A stretch of 64,000 nt of DNA from an uncultured Woeseia sp. (GTDB lineage Bacteria > Pseudomonadota > Gammaproteobacteria > Steroidobacterales > UBA11654): NCBI GenBank assembly GCA_964454905.1, contig CAYVTR010000001.1:44436-108435 (forward strand), given 5' to 3'. This document shows positions 38,026 through 47,519 of this stretch, piece by piece. How positions within the stretch are numbered: the stretch's first letter is position 1; every line of letters begins with the position of its first letter. A program made the position numbers and the translations under genes. Under the pieces are notes generated by a model that worked only from the letters and a program-made list of their open reading frames with translations, was not told where the DNA came from and made no database searches.

Positions 38026-38805
38026 TTATTGAAGAAAATCAGTAAAAGAATCCACCCATTTTTTAGGTTCGTCTCTAATAATGAACACTGATCCTCCTTC
38101 TATTTCTATGTAATTAAAGTCCTCTCTCAGCGCTTGAACTCTTGGAACAACATAATGCAGAGGGTCACCGGTATTGGTGATGACTAGAACCGGTTTTTTT
38201 AGATTTAATATTGTCTTTTTTAAATCATACTGAAAAGCAGCATGATGGCAAAACCACTCATTTTCTCCAGCAAGAAACACATGCAGAAGCGACATCTGAC
38301 AAGATTCAAGGCTGGCTTTATCACCAACTCTGCTTTGAATCCAATTCCAATAATCAAGAAGGTGCGAACCATCTTTCTTCGGTGAGAGATCAACTTTTAG
38401 ATTATGCATTCGTTCCTCTCGTTCTTCAGCAGTATAAAGGGGAACACCATGCAGTATAATTTTCTCAACACGATCAGGAAAAGCATTTGCAAATTCACAC
38501 CCAATTGATGCCCCAGTGTGATGGCCAATCACTGAAGCTTTTTCTATTCCCATCTGATCTAGAACGGCAGTCAGAACTGATGCGTACTCTTCAATAGTCA
38601 ATGGTTGGTCAGGCCTATCTGACATGCCATATCCTAGAGTATCAGGAGCGATTACTTGATAGCCTAAGTTATTCAAAAAATTGAATGTAAAAATAAACTG
38701 AAGGGATGATTGTGGCGTCATGTGCAGCATCAGTAACGGTTTCCCTTCACCGCTTGATAGAAAATGTATCTGGCCTAATTCTGTGTCTGCATAGTTTTTT
38801 TTCAC
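38026..38805 (-). CDS. Alpha/beta hydrolase, epoxide-hydrolase/dehalogenase-like, with atypical GHHTG elbow
   Basis: 259 aa. The LMLHMTPQS...APDTLGYGMSD organisation resembles the HGxP...D.xGxGxS family. The nucleophile elbow reads VIGHHTGASIG instead of GHDWG or GxSxG. Confidence 0.7.
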   Translation of the reverse strand: MKKNYADTELGQIHFLSSGEGKPLLMLHMTPQSSLQFIFTFNFLNNLGYQVIAPDTLGYGMSDRPDQPLTIEEYASVLTAVLDQMGIEKASVIGHHTGASIGCEFANAFPDRVEKIILHGVPLYTAEEREERMHNLKVDLSPKKDGSHLLDYWNWIQSRVGDKASLESCQMSLLHVFLAGENEWFCHHAAFQYDLKKTILNLKKPVLVITNTGDPLHYVVPRVQALREDFNYIEIEGGSVFIIRDEPKKWVDSFTDFLQ

Positions 38806-38821
38806 GCTTTTATTAATCTGA

Positions 38822-41134
38822 CTATTTTATGGGTTTAATTTTAGGGAATCCCCACGGGGTTTTCCAAGGGGCTCTGAGATAGGTTGTGTCTCCATCTTTT
38901 TCAAATATTCCTAGGTATTCAATTTGCGGGTGTTTTACTAGTTCTTTTATGTCTGAAAATTCAACTGCCCAAACTTCATAACGGTTAAAGATTTCTAAAA
39001 CTTGCTTTGATGACATTGTTGTTAAGTATTTATCCCAAAGTGGGCTTGCATCGCTTGCTTTGGTTCCTACTCCAAAAGAATTCCACCAATTCTTTACTAG
39101 GATTTCATCTTCCATGAATTCATCATACATTCCAAATTCCTTAATCATTTTATGGAAGTTATCTTCAGTAAGGGCAGGAGAAGGGGTCGCAAAAATAGAC
39201 TTATCTTTAGTCCGTTGACCAAAGTTAGAGCCGGCAGTTTCATTTTTACAGAAATTTCCTTCCCAACTGTCTGGGTTACTCATTCCTGACCATTGAAGAG
39301 TTTTTAAAGACATCATCGTGCCCAGCATGCTGCCTGAAACTTTTTGTCCATTGCCGGTTTGTAACCGATGATAAAGAGCAGCTAGAATAGCAATAAAGTT
39401 CATTGCTGCGGTACAACCAGCAACAACATCCGCACCCACTCTAATGGGTTCTCCTCCAACATCTCCTAGTGTGCGAAGATATCCAGACATAGCTTGGATA
39501 CTCAAGTCACTCCCAGTCTGATTTTTCATTGGACCATGATGACCAAAAGCGGACAGTGAAAAATTAATGATTTTTGGATTAAATGATTTTAGTTTTTCAT
39601 AGTTATAGACAGAAGATTCATTTGCATCTTCTTTCCAGTCCTCTATCAAGATATCGGTTTCAGACAACATGGATTCAAATTCTTGTCGACCCTTGTCTGA
39701 TTGAATGTCAACTTCTTTAATAGTCTTATTGCGATTAAATGATTGATACAAGGCGCTGACCCCATGTTTTGTTTGTGGGCTTAGTTCTTTGGACCAATCT
39801 CCACCGACCGGTTCAATTTTTGTTACTTCAGCACCAGCCTCTGCAAGCATAAAGCTTAAGTAAGGTCCGGTGTAACCCTCGGTAAGGTCTAGAACACGTA
39901 TTCCTTTCAGCGGGTATTCGGCTTGATCTGTTTTTGCAATAGTCTCTTTTTTTGTAGAATTTTTGAAGCCATTACTCATGGCGTCTTCAGTGTCTGCTCC
40001 AGGCACAGGTATATTAAGATCTATTTGAGGCGGGCTTTCGCTAAACTCCCATGGTAGTCCACCAACATGAAATGGACCAGTGTGCTCACCATCAACTTCA
40101 ACAAGGAAATTGTTTTCGATAATTTGCTGATGTAATTGAAGATCGTCAAAGCATAAATCAAAACTGTGAGGAATGTTTTCATTATCAAATCTTAATGCCC
40201 ACCAACGTGATGGTTTTAAAAGAAATTGTGATTCAAGAATTTGATCTAACTCATCGCGGTTTTTTATTCGATCAACATTATTAATAAACCTGTCATCTTC
40301 AATTAAGTTCTCCATTTCTATTGCTCTGCAAAACCCTAACCATTGATCTTGGTTTTCACATGTGACTGCTATGTATTTATTATCTAAGCATAAATAACAT
40401 CGATTTGGAGCTGAGTTTGAAGAGCCACTGCCGAGTGGTTCTAATTCAGAATCAGCTAACAATACTTCTGAAACTTTACTGTTCATGTTAGCTAGTGCAT
40501 TAGCTAGATGTGAAGTTCTTACCCAACAAGCATGCCCGAAGCGCTCCCTTTCTATAAGGCCAAGCATTAATAACCCACAGAAAAAAATTGCCCCAGTCGG
40601 ATCTAAATGAGTGAAACGAATTAATTGACCGTCTCCACCCCTTGATCCGGTGACACCACTCATTCCACTGAAGGCTTGAAGATGTGGTTCAAGTGCTGCT
40701 AAATTTTTCATGGGCCCGTCATCGCCATAACCAGAGCTAGAGCCAAAAATCAGATTTGGATTTGATGCATGAAGTGTTTCATAACCAATACCCATTCGAT
40801 CAGCGACACCAGGTCTAAAATTTTCGATGAGAATATCTGCTTGATTTGCTAAGTTCAGCATAGCGTTCATGCCTTCAGGTTCTTTAGTATTAAGACCTGC
40901 AGATTTTTGGTTAAGGTTTGTAGAACTGTAAGCAGTTGAGAGATTATTTTGATGTGGGTAGAGCATTCTAAGGAATTCACCTTTTGGAGGTTCCACTTTG
41001 ATAACTTCTGCTCCAAGATAACCCAGTAAGGTTGCAGCCCATGGGCCCACGATTGAAGTGCCAATACTTAAGACTTTAATTCCTGCAAGAGGTCCTTTAT
41101 TTTCCTTCACTTTATCTCCAAAATTGGTGTTCAA
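38822..41134 (-). CDS. Tandem-duplicated family III CoA-transferase (two CaiB/BaiF-type modules in one chain)
   Basis: 770 aa. Module 1 opens GPLAGIKVLSIGTSIVGPWAATLLGYLGAEVIKVEPPKG. Module 2 opens YPLKGIRVLDLTEGYTGPYLSFMLAEAGAEVTKIEPVGGD at about residue 405. Each module has a GxGxxGP...QAxSG block. Confidence 0.85.
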   Translation of the reverse strand: MNTNFGDKVKENKGPLAGIKVLSIGTSIVGPWAATLLGYLGAEVIKVEPPKGEFLRMLYPHQNNLSTAYSSTNLNQKSAGLNTKEPEGMNAMLNLANQADILIENFRPGVADRMGIGYETLHASNPNLIFGSSSGYGDDGPMKNLAALEPHLQAFSGMSGVTGSRGGDGQLIRFTHLDPTGAIFFCGLLMLGLIERERFGHACWVRTSHLANALANMNSKVSEVLLADSELEPLGSGSSNSAPNRCYLCLDNKYIAVTCENQDQWLGFCRAIEMENLIEDDRFINNVDRIKNRDELDQILESQFLLKPSRWWALRFDNENIPHSFDLCFDDLQLHQQIIENNFLVEVDGEHTGPFHVGGLPWEFSESPPQIDLNIPVPGADTEDAMSNGFKNSTKKETIAKTDQAEYPLKGIRVLDLTEGYTGPYLSFMLAEAGAEVTKIEPVGGDWSKELSPQTKHGVSALYQSFNRNKTIKEVDIQSDKGRQEFESMLSETDILIEDWKEDANESSVYNYEKLKSFNPKIINFSLSAFGHHGPMKNQTGSDLSIQAMSGYLRTLGDVGGEPIRVGADVVAGCTAAMNFIAILAALYHRLQTGNGQKVSGSMLGTMMSLKTLQWSGMSNPDSWEGNFCKNETAGSNFGQRTKDKSIFATPSPALTEDNFHKMIKEFGMYDEFMEDEILVKNWWNSFGVGTKASDASPLWDKYLTTMSSKQVLEIFNRYEVWAVEFSDIKELVKHPQIEYLGIFEKDGDTTYLRAPWKTPWGFPKIKPIK

Positions 41135-41142
41135 TATATCAA

Positions 41143-41164
41143 TTATTTATCAGATGATAAATAA
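41143..41164. promoter_or_regulatory. Palindromic operator, site C (20/22)
   Basis: TTATTTATCAGATGATAAATAA. Lies 9 bp upstream of the start of the five-gene CoA-transferase operon (41134 down to 34062). Confidence 0.7.
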
Positions 41165-41240
41165 TAAGGGATATTTATTAAATCTTCTAAGTATTTAATA
41201 ATATCTCTCTCAATCCTTTCTAGCTATGCTATAAAAAATT

Positions 41241-42644
41241 TTATTTATCAGTTTTTACTAGATTCGCTGCGCTAAGTCCTGCTAACCGACCGAAAGTTGT
41301 AGCAGTTAATAAGCCGTTACCTGCAATGTAACCCCAATCTGACGGACCAGAAATACCTCGCGCTGAGCCGCCTCCTGCGAATAGATTAGGTAATGGAACT
41401 TTATTCTTGTTCATTACTTGAGCATGTTCATTTACTACTAACCCTCCTTGAGTATGGAAAAGAGCCCCAGTAACTTTCACTGTGTAATATGGTGACTCAA
41501 GTTTAGGTTTGATAGTGAAATCTCTACCAAAACTATCTTTTCTTTTCCCCTCAACCATCTCTTCAACTTCTATAATTGTTTTATTCAGAGATTCATTATT
41601 TATGCCTGTTAAAGCGCTTAATTCTGTTGTGCTGTCTGCGCTGATTATTGCATTGGCTTCAATCGCATTATTATAGTCTTCAAACTCCTTCATTAGTTCG
41701 TGTAGTCTTTCATCAAAGATATTCCAAGCAATTTTTTTTGGTTGACTAACTACTTTTACTGCTTGTTCCGAATACCCCAAACTTTCATCAGAAAATCGCT
41801 CTCCATTAATATTAACTTGAAAGCCTCCTTCCATAATCATAGGCCATAAGATTGGCACACCTCTGCCTGCAGCAAGTCCGCCATGTCCCTGATATGAGCC
41901 AATATCAGCTAAATCAGCACCTAAAGATTTCCCCCATTTGATGGCATCACCCTTATTACCGGGGTGACCAAAAAATTCAGCTTCTTTAATTTCAGGCATA
42001 TATTCTTCAACCATTTCTGGGTTTCCTGCAAATCCACAACAGGCAAGAATCAAAGCATCACAACCAATTTCTTCCGTTTGACCGTCTGTTCTTAAAACTT
42101 TCACTCCAAGAATCTTATTGTTGGAATCACTATAGAGATCAGTCACTAAAGCATTGGTTAGTACATCAATTCCTGCTCTTTCTGCCGCTCTACATAATGC
42201 ACCCATAAGCTCACTTCCAGTTCTATTTGGCGTTCCATGCATTCTCATGACCGAGTGCCCAGGGTAAAGAAAGCTGTCGACTAAACTGAGAGGAATTTGA
42301 TAGTTATCAATTAACCATTCAATAGTTTTTGAGGATTCAATGGCCAAACTAGTGGCAATCTCTGGATCTGTTTCACCTTTTGTTTTATTAATGATGTCGT
42401 TTGCAAATATTTCAGGGGTGTCCTCTATGCCTGCTGCTCTTTGTAGTTTAGTGTTTGCACCAGGTATTAATCCTGTGGACATTGCTGTTGTGCCCAACGG
42501 AGTTGAATCTCTTTCAATGACCAGGACTTCAGTATTGTTTTCTTTTGCTGACAAAGCTGCAGATAGACCACAACCTCCTGCTCCTACCACAACAATAGGA
42601 ATTGAATATTCAAATTCCTTATGATCATCAAAAACTACACTCAC
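41241..42644 (-). CDS. FAD-dependent oxidoreductase of the fumarate reductase / 3-ketosteroid-1-dehydrogenase type
   Basis: 467 aa. IVVVGAGGCGLSAALSAKENNTEVLVIERDSTPLGTTAMSTG N-terminus and C-terminal FAGGGSARG...G block. Confidence 0.75.
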   Translation of the reverse strand: MSVVFDDHKEFEYSIPIVVVGAGGCGLSAALSAKENNTEVLVIERDSTPLGTTAMSTGLIPGANTKLQRAAGIEDTPEIFANDIINKTKGETDPEIATSLAIESSKTIEWLIDNYQIPLSLVDSFLYPGHSVMRMHGTPNRTGSELMGALCRAAERAGIDVLTNALVTDLYSDSNNKILGVKVLRTDGQTEEIGCDALILACCGFAGNPEMVEEYMPEIKEAEFFGHPGNKGDAIKWGKSLGADLADIGSYQGHGGLAAGRGVPILWPMIMEGGFQVNINGERFSDESLGYSEQAVKVVSQPKKIAWNIFDERLHELMKEFEDYNNAIEANAIISADSTTELSALTGINNESLNKTIIEVEEMVEGKRKDSFGRDFTIKPKLESPYYTVKVTGALFHTQGGLVVNEHAQVMNKNKVPLPNLFAGGGSARGISGPSDWGYIAGNGLLTATTFGRLAGLSAANLVKTDK

Positions 42645-42653
42645 TGTTTACCC

Positions 42654-43691
42654 CTAGGCTCTTGAAAATAAATATAGGCCTTTTTCATCTATAGACTTTA
42701 TAAGTCTATTCTCAGCAACTAAATAATTCAGGTGTGACATGGTTTCACCAACTGCAAGTACTAGCGTGTGCTGATTGATTTTACTATCAAAAAGGACTGG
42801 GAAAAGCTCAGTTACACTTTTAGGCTCATCAATGTATTGATAGATTCTTTCAAGTTTTTCATGATGATTATTGACTATTGTTTCAATTCTTCCATGAGCT
42901 CCTTGATAGGGGTATCCATGAGATGGCAGGACCAGCACATCATGTGGAATACTTTGTTTTATTTTTTCTAAGCTCTCTAACCAATCTCTCAAAGGATTTG
43001 AGTCAGGATGAGCTGGGTTTACACTGACATTGGGTGTGATTCTTGGTAATAGAATATCTCCGCAAATGAAAATATTCTTTTTTTCTGAGTATAAGCAGGC
43101 ATGTTCAGGAGAATGACCTTTAGCTACAATTATTTTCCATTCTCCATCACTGAGTTTAAGAATTTCTTGGTCTTTGATGTGTTTAAAGCTTTTATTTAAT
43201 TTAGAGACTAATGATTTTCGGTACTCTATCCTCTCAATGAAATGTTGAAGTGATTCTTTGTCATAACCACATTTTTTATAATAATCTAGAGATATTTCTC
43301 TTTGTTCATGATCCATGCCATTGCTAATTTTTACTGTTTCTAGGAATTCTTTTTCAGTAAAGTATGGTTCAACATTCCATTCATTAGTCAACCATCCTGC
43401 TAACCCAGAATGATCAAGGTGCATATGAGTAACCAATAACTTTTCAAGCGGTTTTGTCTTGAAGCTATTCTCGAATAGCTTTCTCCAAATTGTTTTAGAT
43501 TCATCTGTTACCATTCCAGTATCAACAATGGTCCAGCCTTCATTGCCTTCCAATAACCAAAGATTGATGTGATTTAAGGCGATAGGTAAAGGCATTCTCA
43601 GCCAGTAAATACTAGACGCAACCTCAAGAGCTTCTCCATCAGGAGGTCTTTTCGAGAATGGATAATACAATTTTGAATTATTTTCTTTCAT
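42654..43691 (-). CDS. Metallo-beta-lactamase-fold hydrolase
   Basis: 345 aa. HxHxDH motif THMHLDHSG, with later H and D ligands (GHSPEH, CGD, PSHG). Confidence 0.85.
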   Translation of the reverse strand: MKENNSKLYYPFSKRPPDGEALEVASSIYWLRMPLPIALNHINLWLLEGNEGWTIVDTGMVTDESKTIWRKLFENSFKTKPLEKLLVTHMHLDHSGLAGWLTNEWNVEPYFTEKEFLETVKISNGMDHEQREISLDYYKKCGYDKESLQHFIERIEYRKSLVSKLNKSFKHIKDQEILKLSDGEWKIIVAKGHSPEHACLYSEKKNIFICGDILLPRITPNVSVNPAHPDSNPLRDWLESLEKIKQSIPHDVLVLPSHGYPYQGAHGRIETIVNNHHEKLERIYQYIDEPKSVTELFPVLFDSKINQHTLVLAVGETMSHLNYLVAENRLIKSIDEKGLYLFSRA

Positions 43692-43738
43692 ATTTAGTTA
43701 TTTTTTTCTTTTTATGTTAATTGCATTTCATTATGAAG

Positions 43739-45688
43739 TCAGTTTTCCTTTGCTAAGTCTCTATAAATAGACAATGAATCGGGGTTAGCTAGAGCATCAA
43801 TATTTTTTATCTCCCGTCCTTCAATTGCTGCTTTAACTGATAATTCAGAAATTTTGCCACTTATAGTTCTGGGTATATCATCAACTTGAATTATATGTTT
43901 TGGAATATGTCTTGGGCTAGCATTGGTTTTTAGCTGATACTTAATTGTTTCAACCAAATCATTAGTGAGTTTTTCCTCTTTTTTTAATACCACGAATAAA
44001 ATTATAGTTGACTCAGATTTTCTAGTTGTTTCAACTACCACAGCGTCGAGTATTTGAGGTAATTTTTCAGTTTGACGATAGATCTCAGCAGTCCCAATCC
44101 TCACTCCTGCAGAATTCAATGTGGCATCTGATCGACCAAAAATAATGACACCATTATTTTCAGTAATTGTTGCAAAATCACCGTGTGCCCATGTCTTCTC
44201 AAATCTTTTAAAGTAGCTTTGTTTATACTTTTCTCTATCCGGATCATTAAAGAACTCAATCGGCATAGAGGGGAAGGGCTGTGTGCAGACCAGCTCACCT
44301 TTCTCTTCTTTTTGTGCCTCTTGTCCTGCCTCGTTAAACACTTTAACAGCCATCCCCAAGCCAATGGATTGAATTTCACCGTCAAACACAGGAACAAGCG
44401 GATTACCCAGAGCAAAGCAAGAAATGATGTCCGTTCCTCCTGAAATGGACGATATCTGAACATCATTTTTGATAGCATCCTGTATATATTGAAAGTGATC
44501 TGAGAGTAATGGTGAGCCAGTAGAAAGAATTGTTTGCAGTGATTTCAGATTGTACTTTTCTAATGGCTTGATGTTTTCTTTCATCATCGTTGTGATATAA
44601 CGAGGACTGATCCCAAAGTGATTGATTTTTTCCTCTTCAGCAACAGTCCATAAAAACTCATTATGTGGATGAAACGGTGATCCTTCATAAAGAATAATTG
44701 TTGCTTTGCTTGCCAATGCACTGACAAGCCAATTCCACATCATCCAACCGCAGGTGGTGAAAAAGAACAATCTGTCATTTGGTTTCAAATCCAAATGCAA
44801 TTGATGTTCTTTCATATGCTGGATGAGTGTTCCTCCGGCAGAGTGGACAATGCACTTTGGTTGACCAGTGGTTCCAGATGAATACATTATGAACAATGGA
44901 TGATCAAAGGGTAGGGCGCTGAATTGAAGCTCTTCATCATGATTTAAATAATCATGAAATGGAACAGCATTTTCTAAGCTCTTATAGTCAATTTGTGTTT
45001 CTGAATCTTGAACGATGAAGATTTTAGATACGTGCTCTAAATTTTTTGAAACAGCTGTTATTTTTTCCATTAAATTAAATGTTTTGCCAGCGTATTCATA
45101 TTGATCTATAGCAACCAATACCTTGGGTTTAACTTGTCCAATTCTGTCCATAATTGCATCAACACCAAAATCTGGTGAGCAAGACGTCCAAATAGCCCCT
45201 ATCGCGCTGCTTGCAAGCATTGCAATTATAGTTTCAGGGCAGTTGGTCATAATGGCACCAACAACGTCGCCTTTGTTGACCCCTTGATCAGTTAGAGCCT
45301 TAGCAAATGAACCAACTTGATCAAAAAGCTCTTTATAAGATAATTCCTTTCTATGACCTCTTTCATCTCTATAGATGATTGCAGGGTGGTTATCCTTCCT
45401 AGATATAAGATGTTCTGCAAAATTAAGTTGTGAACCAACAAACCATTTTGTATCAATCATGTGGTCACCCAGTTCTAGAATTTTAGTTGCCGGTTCTTTG
45501 AAATTAATGCCAGTAAACTGTCTAAAAGATGACCAAAAAATCTCTGGGTGTTCTAATGACCAACGGTGTAACTGCTCATAACTGTCAAAGGTTTGATTAT
45601 GATCAGTGTTTAGACAATTCATGTACTCAGTTAATAGGCTAGATTCACTGTTTTTAGGTAGCCAACTAAGTTTTCTTGAGTGATTCAT
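43739..45688 (-). CDS. Acetoacetate--CoA ligase (acetoacetyl-CoA synthetase)
   Basis: 649 aa. N-terminal W-P-x-S-L-x-Y...LHRWSLEHPEIFW pattern and AMP-binding motif YSSGTTGQPK. The length is typical of acetoacetyl-CoA synthetases. Confidence 0.85.
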   Translation of the reverse strand: MNHSRKLSWLPKNSESSLLTEYMNCLNTDHNQTFDSYEQLHRWSLEHPEIFWSSFRQFTGINFKEPATKILELGDHMIDTKWFVGSQLNFAEHLISRKDNHPAIIYRDERGHRKELSYKELFDQVGSFAKALTDQGVNKGDVVGAIMTNCPETIIAMLASSAIGAIWTSCSPDFGVDAIMDRIGQVKPKVLVAIDQYEYAGKTFNLMEKITAVSKNLEHVSKIFIVQDSETQIDYKSLENAVPFHDYLNHDEELQFSALPFDHPLFIMYSSGTTGQPKCIVHSAGGTLIQHMKEHQLHLDLKPNDRLFFFTTCGWMMWNWLVSALASKATIILYEGSPFHPHNEFLWTVAEEEKINHFGISPRYITTMMKENIKPLEKYNLKSLQTILSTGSPLLSDHFQYIQDAIKNDVQISSISGGTDIISCFALGNPLVPVFDGEIQSIGLGMAVKVFNEAGQEAQKEEKGELVCTQPFPSMPIEFFNDPDREKYKQSYFKRFEKTWAHGDFATITENNGVIIFGRSDATLNSAGVRIGTAEIYRQTEKLPQILDAVVVETTRKSESTIILFVVLKKEEKLTNDLVETIKYQLKTNASPRHIPKHIIQVDDIPRTISGKISELSVKAAIEGREIKNIDALANPDSLSIYRDLAKEN

Positions 45689-45703
45689 TTGACAATAAAG
45701 TAT

Positions 45704-45725
45704 CTATTAATCATTTGATAAATAA
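45704..45725. promoter_or_regulatory. Palindromic operator, site D1 (19/22)
   Basis: CTATTAATCATTTGATAAATAA. Lies 16 bp upstream of the acetoacetyl-CoA synthetase start (45688, minus strand). Confidence 0.7.
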
Positions 45726-45743
45726 AAGATCTAATAATATACT
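45715..45743 (+). promoter_or_regulatory. Candidate sigma-70 promoter for the metF operon (-35 TTGATA, 17-bp spacer, -10 TATACT)
   Basis: TTGATA at 45715-45720 lies inside operator D1, and TATACT lies at 45738-45743. Operator D2 then starts about where transcription would initiate. By-eye prediction only. Confidence 0.35.
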
Positions 45744-45744
45744 C

Positions 45745-45766
45745 TTATTTATCAATTGATAAATAA
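45745..45766. promoter_or_regulatory. Palindromic operator, site D2 (22/22, perfect palindrome)
   Basis: TTATTTATCAATTGATAAATAA equals its own reverse complement. It abuts or overlaps the metF start, and its centre is 41 bp from the D1 centre. Confidence 0.75.
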
Positions 45767-46643
45767 GGAATATAAGTTGGTTAATTTCTCTTTAGAGTAT
45801 TTTCCTCCAGGCGATCAGGATGGACTCAAAAACTTGTCTAATCAGGCAAGGGTTATGTCTGCATATTCACCTCTGTATATGAGTATTACTCATAGTGCAA
45901 ACGGAGCAGAAATAAACGAAACAATGCGCACTGTTCAAATCCTTAAGGAACAACTATCAGTTGAAATTTCACCACATATGACTTGTTCTAGTTATTCTAA
46001 AGCTGAAATCATCAAAATGGCAGAAGATTATCTATCTTTAGGCGTGGAATCTGTGGTTGCATTGAGAGGTCATTTAATAGAGGACGCAACCATAGGCGAA
46101 CTTCGTTATGATAATTCCCCAGATTTTATTAATGCACTCAGTAAAAAGTTTGACTTCAGGATTTCAATTTCAGGTTACCCAGAAGGCCATCCTGAAAAGA
46201 AAGATGATGCATCAGAACTAAAATATTTGAGAAAAAAATGTGACGCTGGTGCTGATGAGATAATTACTCAATGGTTCTTTTCTAATGATTATTTACTTCA
46301 ATTTAGAGATCAGTGTGATGCCACCGGTATCAATATTCCAATTGTTCCTGGCATTTTGCCTATCAGTGATATTAAGAAGGTTAAGAATTTTGCAAAAGCC
46401 TGTGGATCAACGATCCCTAAAGAACTCGAGGAAGCATTTCTCAAAATTGATGGTGACATGGAGGCAACTGAAGAATTGGGCATCCATTATGCTATTCAAC
46501 AAATAGAGAATTTACATAAAGAAGGAATTGATAATTTTCACCTTTATACATTAAATAGAAGTGAGATGACTAAACAAATCATTGAGTATTTTGTAGTATC
46601 GATAACTGAGAATTATATAGCCTCAGAGAAAATGGCATCTTAG
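45756..46643 (+). CDS. metF: 5,10-methylenetetrahydrofolate reductase
   Basis: FSLEYFPP N-terminal strand, then SITHSANG, VALRG and GYPEGHPE blocks of MetF. The track start (TTG 45756) lies inside the operator palindrome. In-frame TTG 45777, preceded by AAGGAA, is an equally good start. Confidence 0.85.
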   Translation: MINKEYKLVNFSLEYFPPGDQDGLKNLSNQARVMSAYSPLYMSITHSANGAEINETMRTVQILKEQLSVEISPHMTCSSYSKAEIIKMAEDYLSLGVESVVALRGHLIEDATIGELRYDNSPDFINALSKKFDFRISISGYPEGHPEKKDDASELKYLRKKCDAGADEIITQWFFSNDYLLQFRDQCDATGINIPIVPGILPISDIKKVKNFAKACGSTIPKELEEAFLKIDGDMEATEELGIHYAIQQIENLHKEGIDNFHLYTLNRSEMTKQIIEYFVVSITENYIASEKMAS

Positions 46644-46721
46644 ACATTTCTTTTGTTCTCTAATAATATTGTCTTTGATTTGGCTGAAAAAGAGGATTAT
46701 TGTCAATATTAGGAATTAAAT

Positions 46722-47519
46722 ATGGATCGCAGAGCTTTATTATCGGGTAAATTTACAGAAGACACACTTAATCTGAGTAATTCAGGTCATAGTCTATATG
46801 CTTATGCAAAGTTATTGGGCTCAACAGATAATGCAATGGTTCACTTTAGTCTAGAGGGGACAATTTTCGCGCTATTACCTAATGGTGCCAAACCATTCAT
46901 AGGTTTTCAGGCCATACAGAAAGGCGTTTGGAAAAAACACGGTCAAAACTCATTTCAATTGAGATTATATGAAACTGGTTTTTTTCATGATCTAGACTCA
47001 AAAGAGCATATCGCGGTTTTTGAAAACCCCATTACCAATCAAACAAATCATCTGTCAGAGATCAGAGGCGGACCTTATGAAACTATAATTAAGCCAACAC
47101 AACATGATTGGGTAGTTTCAGGTGACGATGTTTGGATTCAGGAGCCCAATCCAAGAATAGGTTATTTTGGTTCAGCAGAAGCAAAAAATAAAAATAAACA
47201 AACTGCATTTGCTAACACTATTTTTAGAGGAAAGTTATCTCAGTTAAATGATGAATCATCCATAGCAGCATCAATGATGACTTACAATTATGTAAGTCCA
47301 TGGTATCCATTTTTTGAGATGGACAATGTTGAAGGAAAAATGTATTGGCAAGCTGTTGGAAATAAAACCCAATCTTGGTCTGATGTACCCACATCAATGC
47401 AAGAATTTTTAACAACAACCCAGAACAATTATTTTGAATCAACTAATCCATGGACTGAGAGAACGAGCACATTGAAGCATTTTAGACAATCTAATAAGCG
47501 GGATAAAATAAGACCATGA
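46722..47519 (+). CDS. DUF1838-like protein (paralog 2 of 3), with an RR motif but no hydrophobic signal core
   Basis: 265 aa. Shares YAYAKLLGSTDNAMVHF, GTIFA, KPFIGF, KGVWKK, FENPITN, SPWYPFFEM and YWQAVGNK blocks with 47516-48391. The N-terminus MDRRALLSGKFTED lacks an h-region. Confidence 0.6.
   Translation: MDRRALLSGKFTEDTLNLSNSGHSLYAYAKLLGSTDNAMVHFSLEGTIFALLPNGAKPFIGFQAIQKGVWKKHGQNSFQLRLYETGFFHDLDSKEHIAVFENPITNQTNHLSEIRGGPYETIIKPTQHDWVVSGDDVWIQEPNPRIGYFGSAEAKNKNKQTAFANTIFRGKLSQLNDESSIAASMMTYNYVSPWYPFFEMDNVEGKMYWQAVGNKTQSWSDVPTSMQEFLTTTQNNYFESTNPWTERTSTLKHFRQSNKRDKIRP

Noticed and set aside
41171-41204. AT-only inverted repeat ATATTTATTAAAT-cttctaagt-ATTTAATAATAT, downstream of the FAD flavoprotein gene and upstream of operator C.
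   Set aside because: The arms are imperfect (one extra T) and contain no G/C, so it would be a very weak terminator. I cannot tell it apart from chance symmetry in AT-rich DNA.
46661-46715. Partial inverted repeat CTAATAATATTGTC ... TGTCAATATTAGG between metF and the first tandem DUF1838 gene.
   Set aside because: The arms align only with a 3-nt indel and are AT-rich. It is neither a convincing terminator nor a match to the operator.
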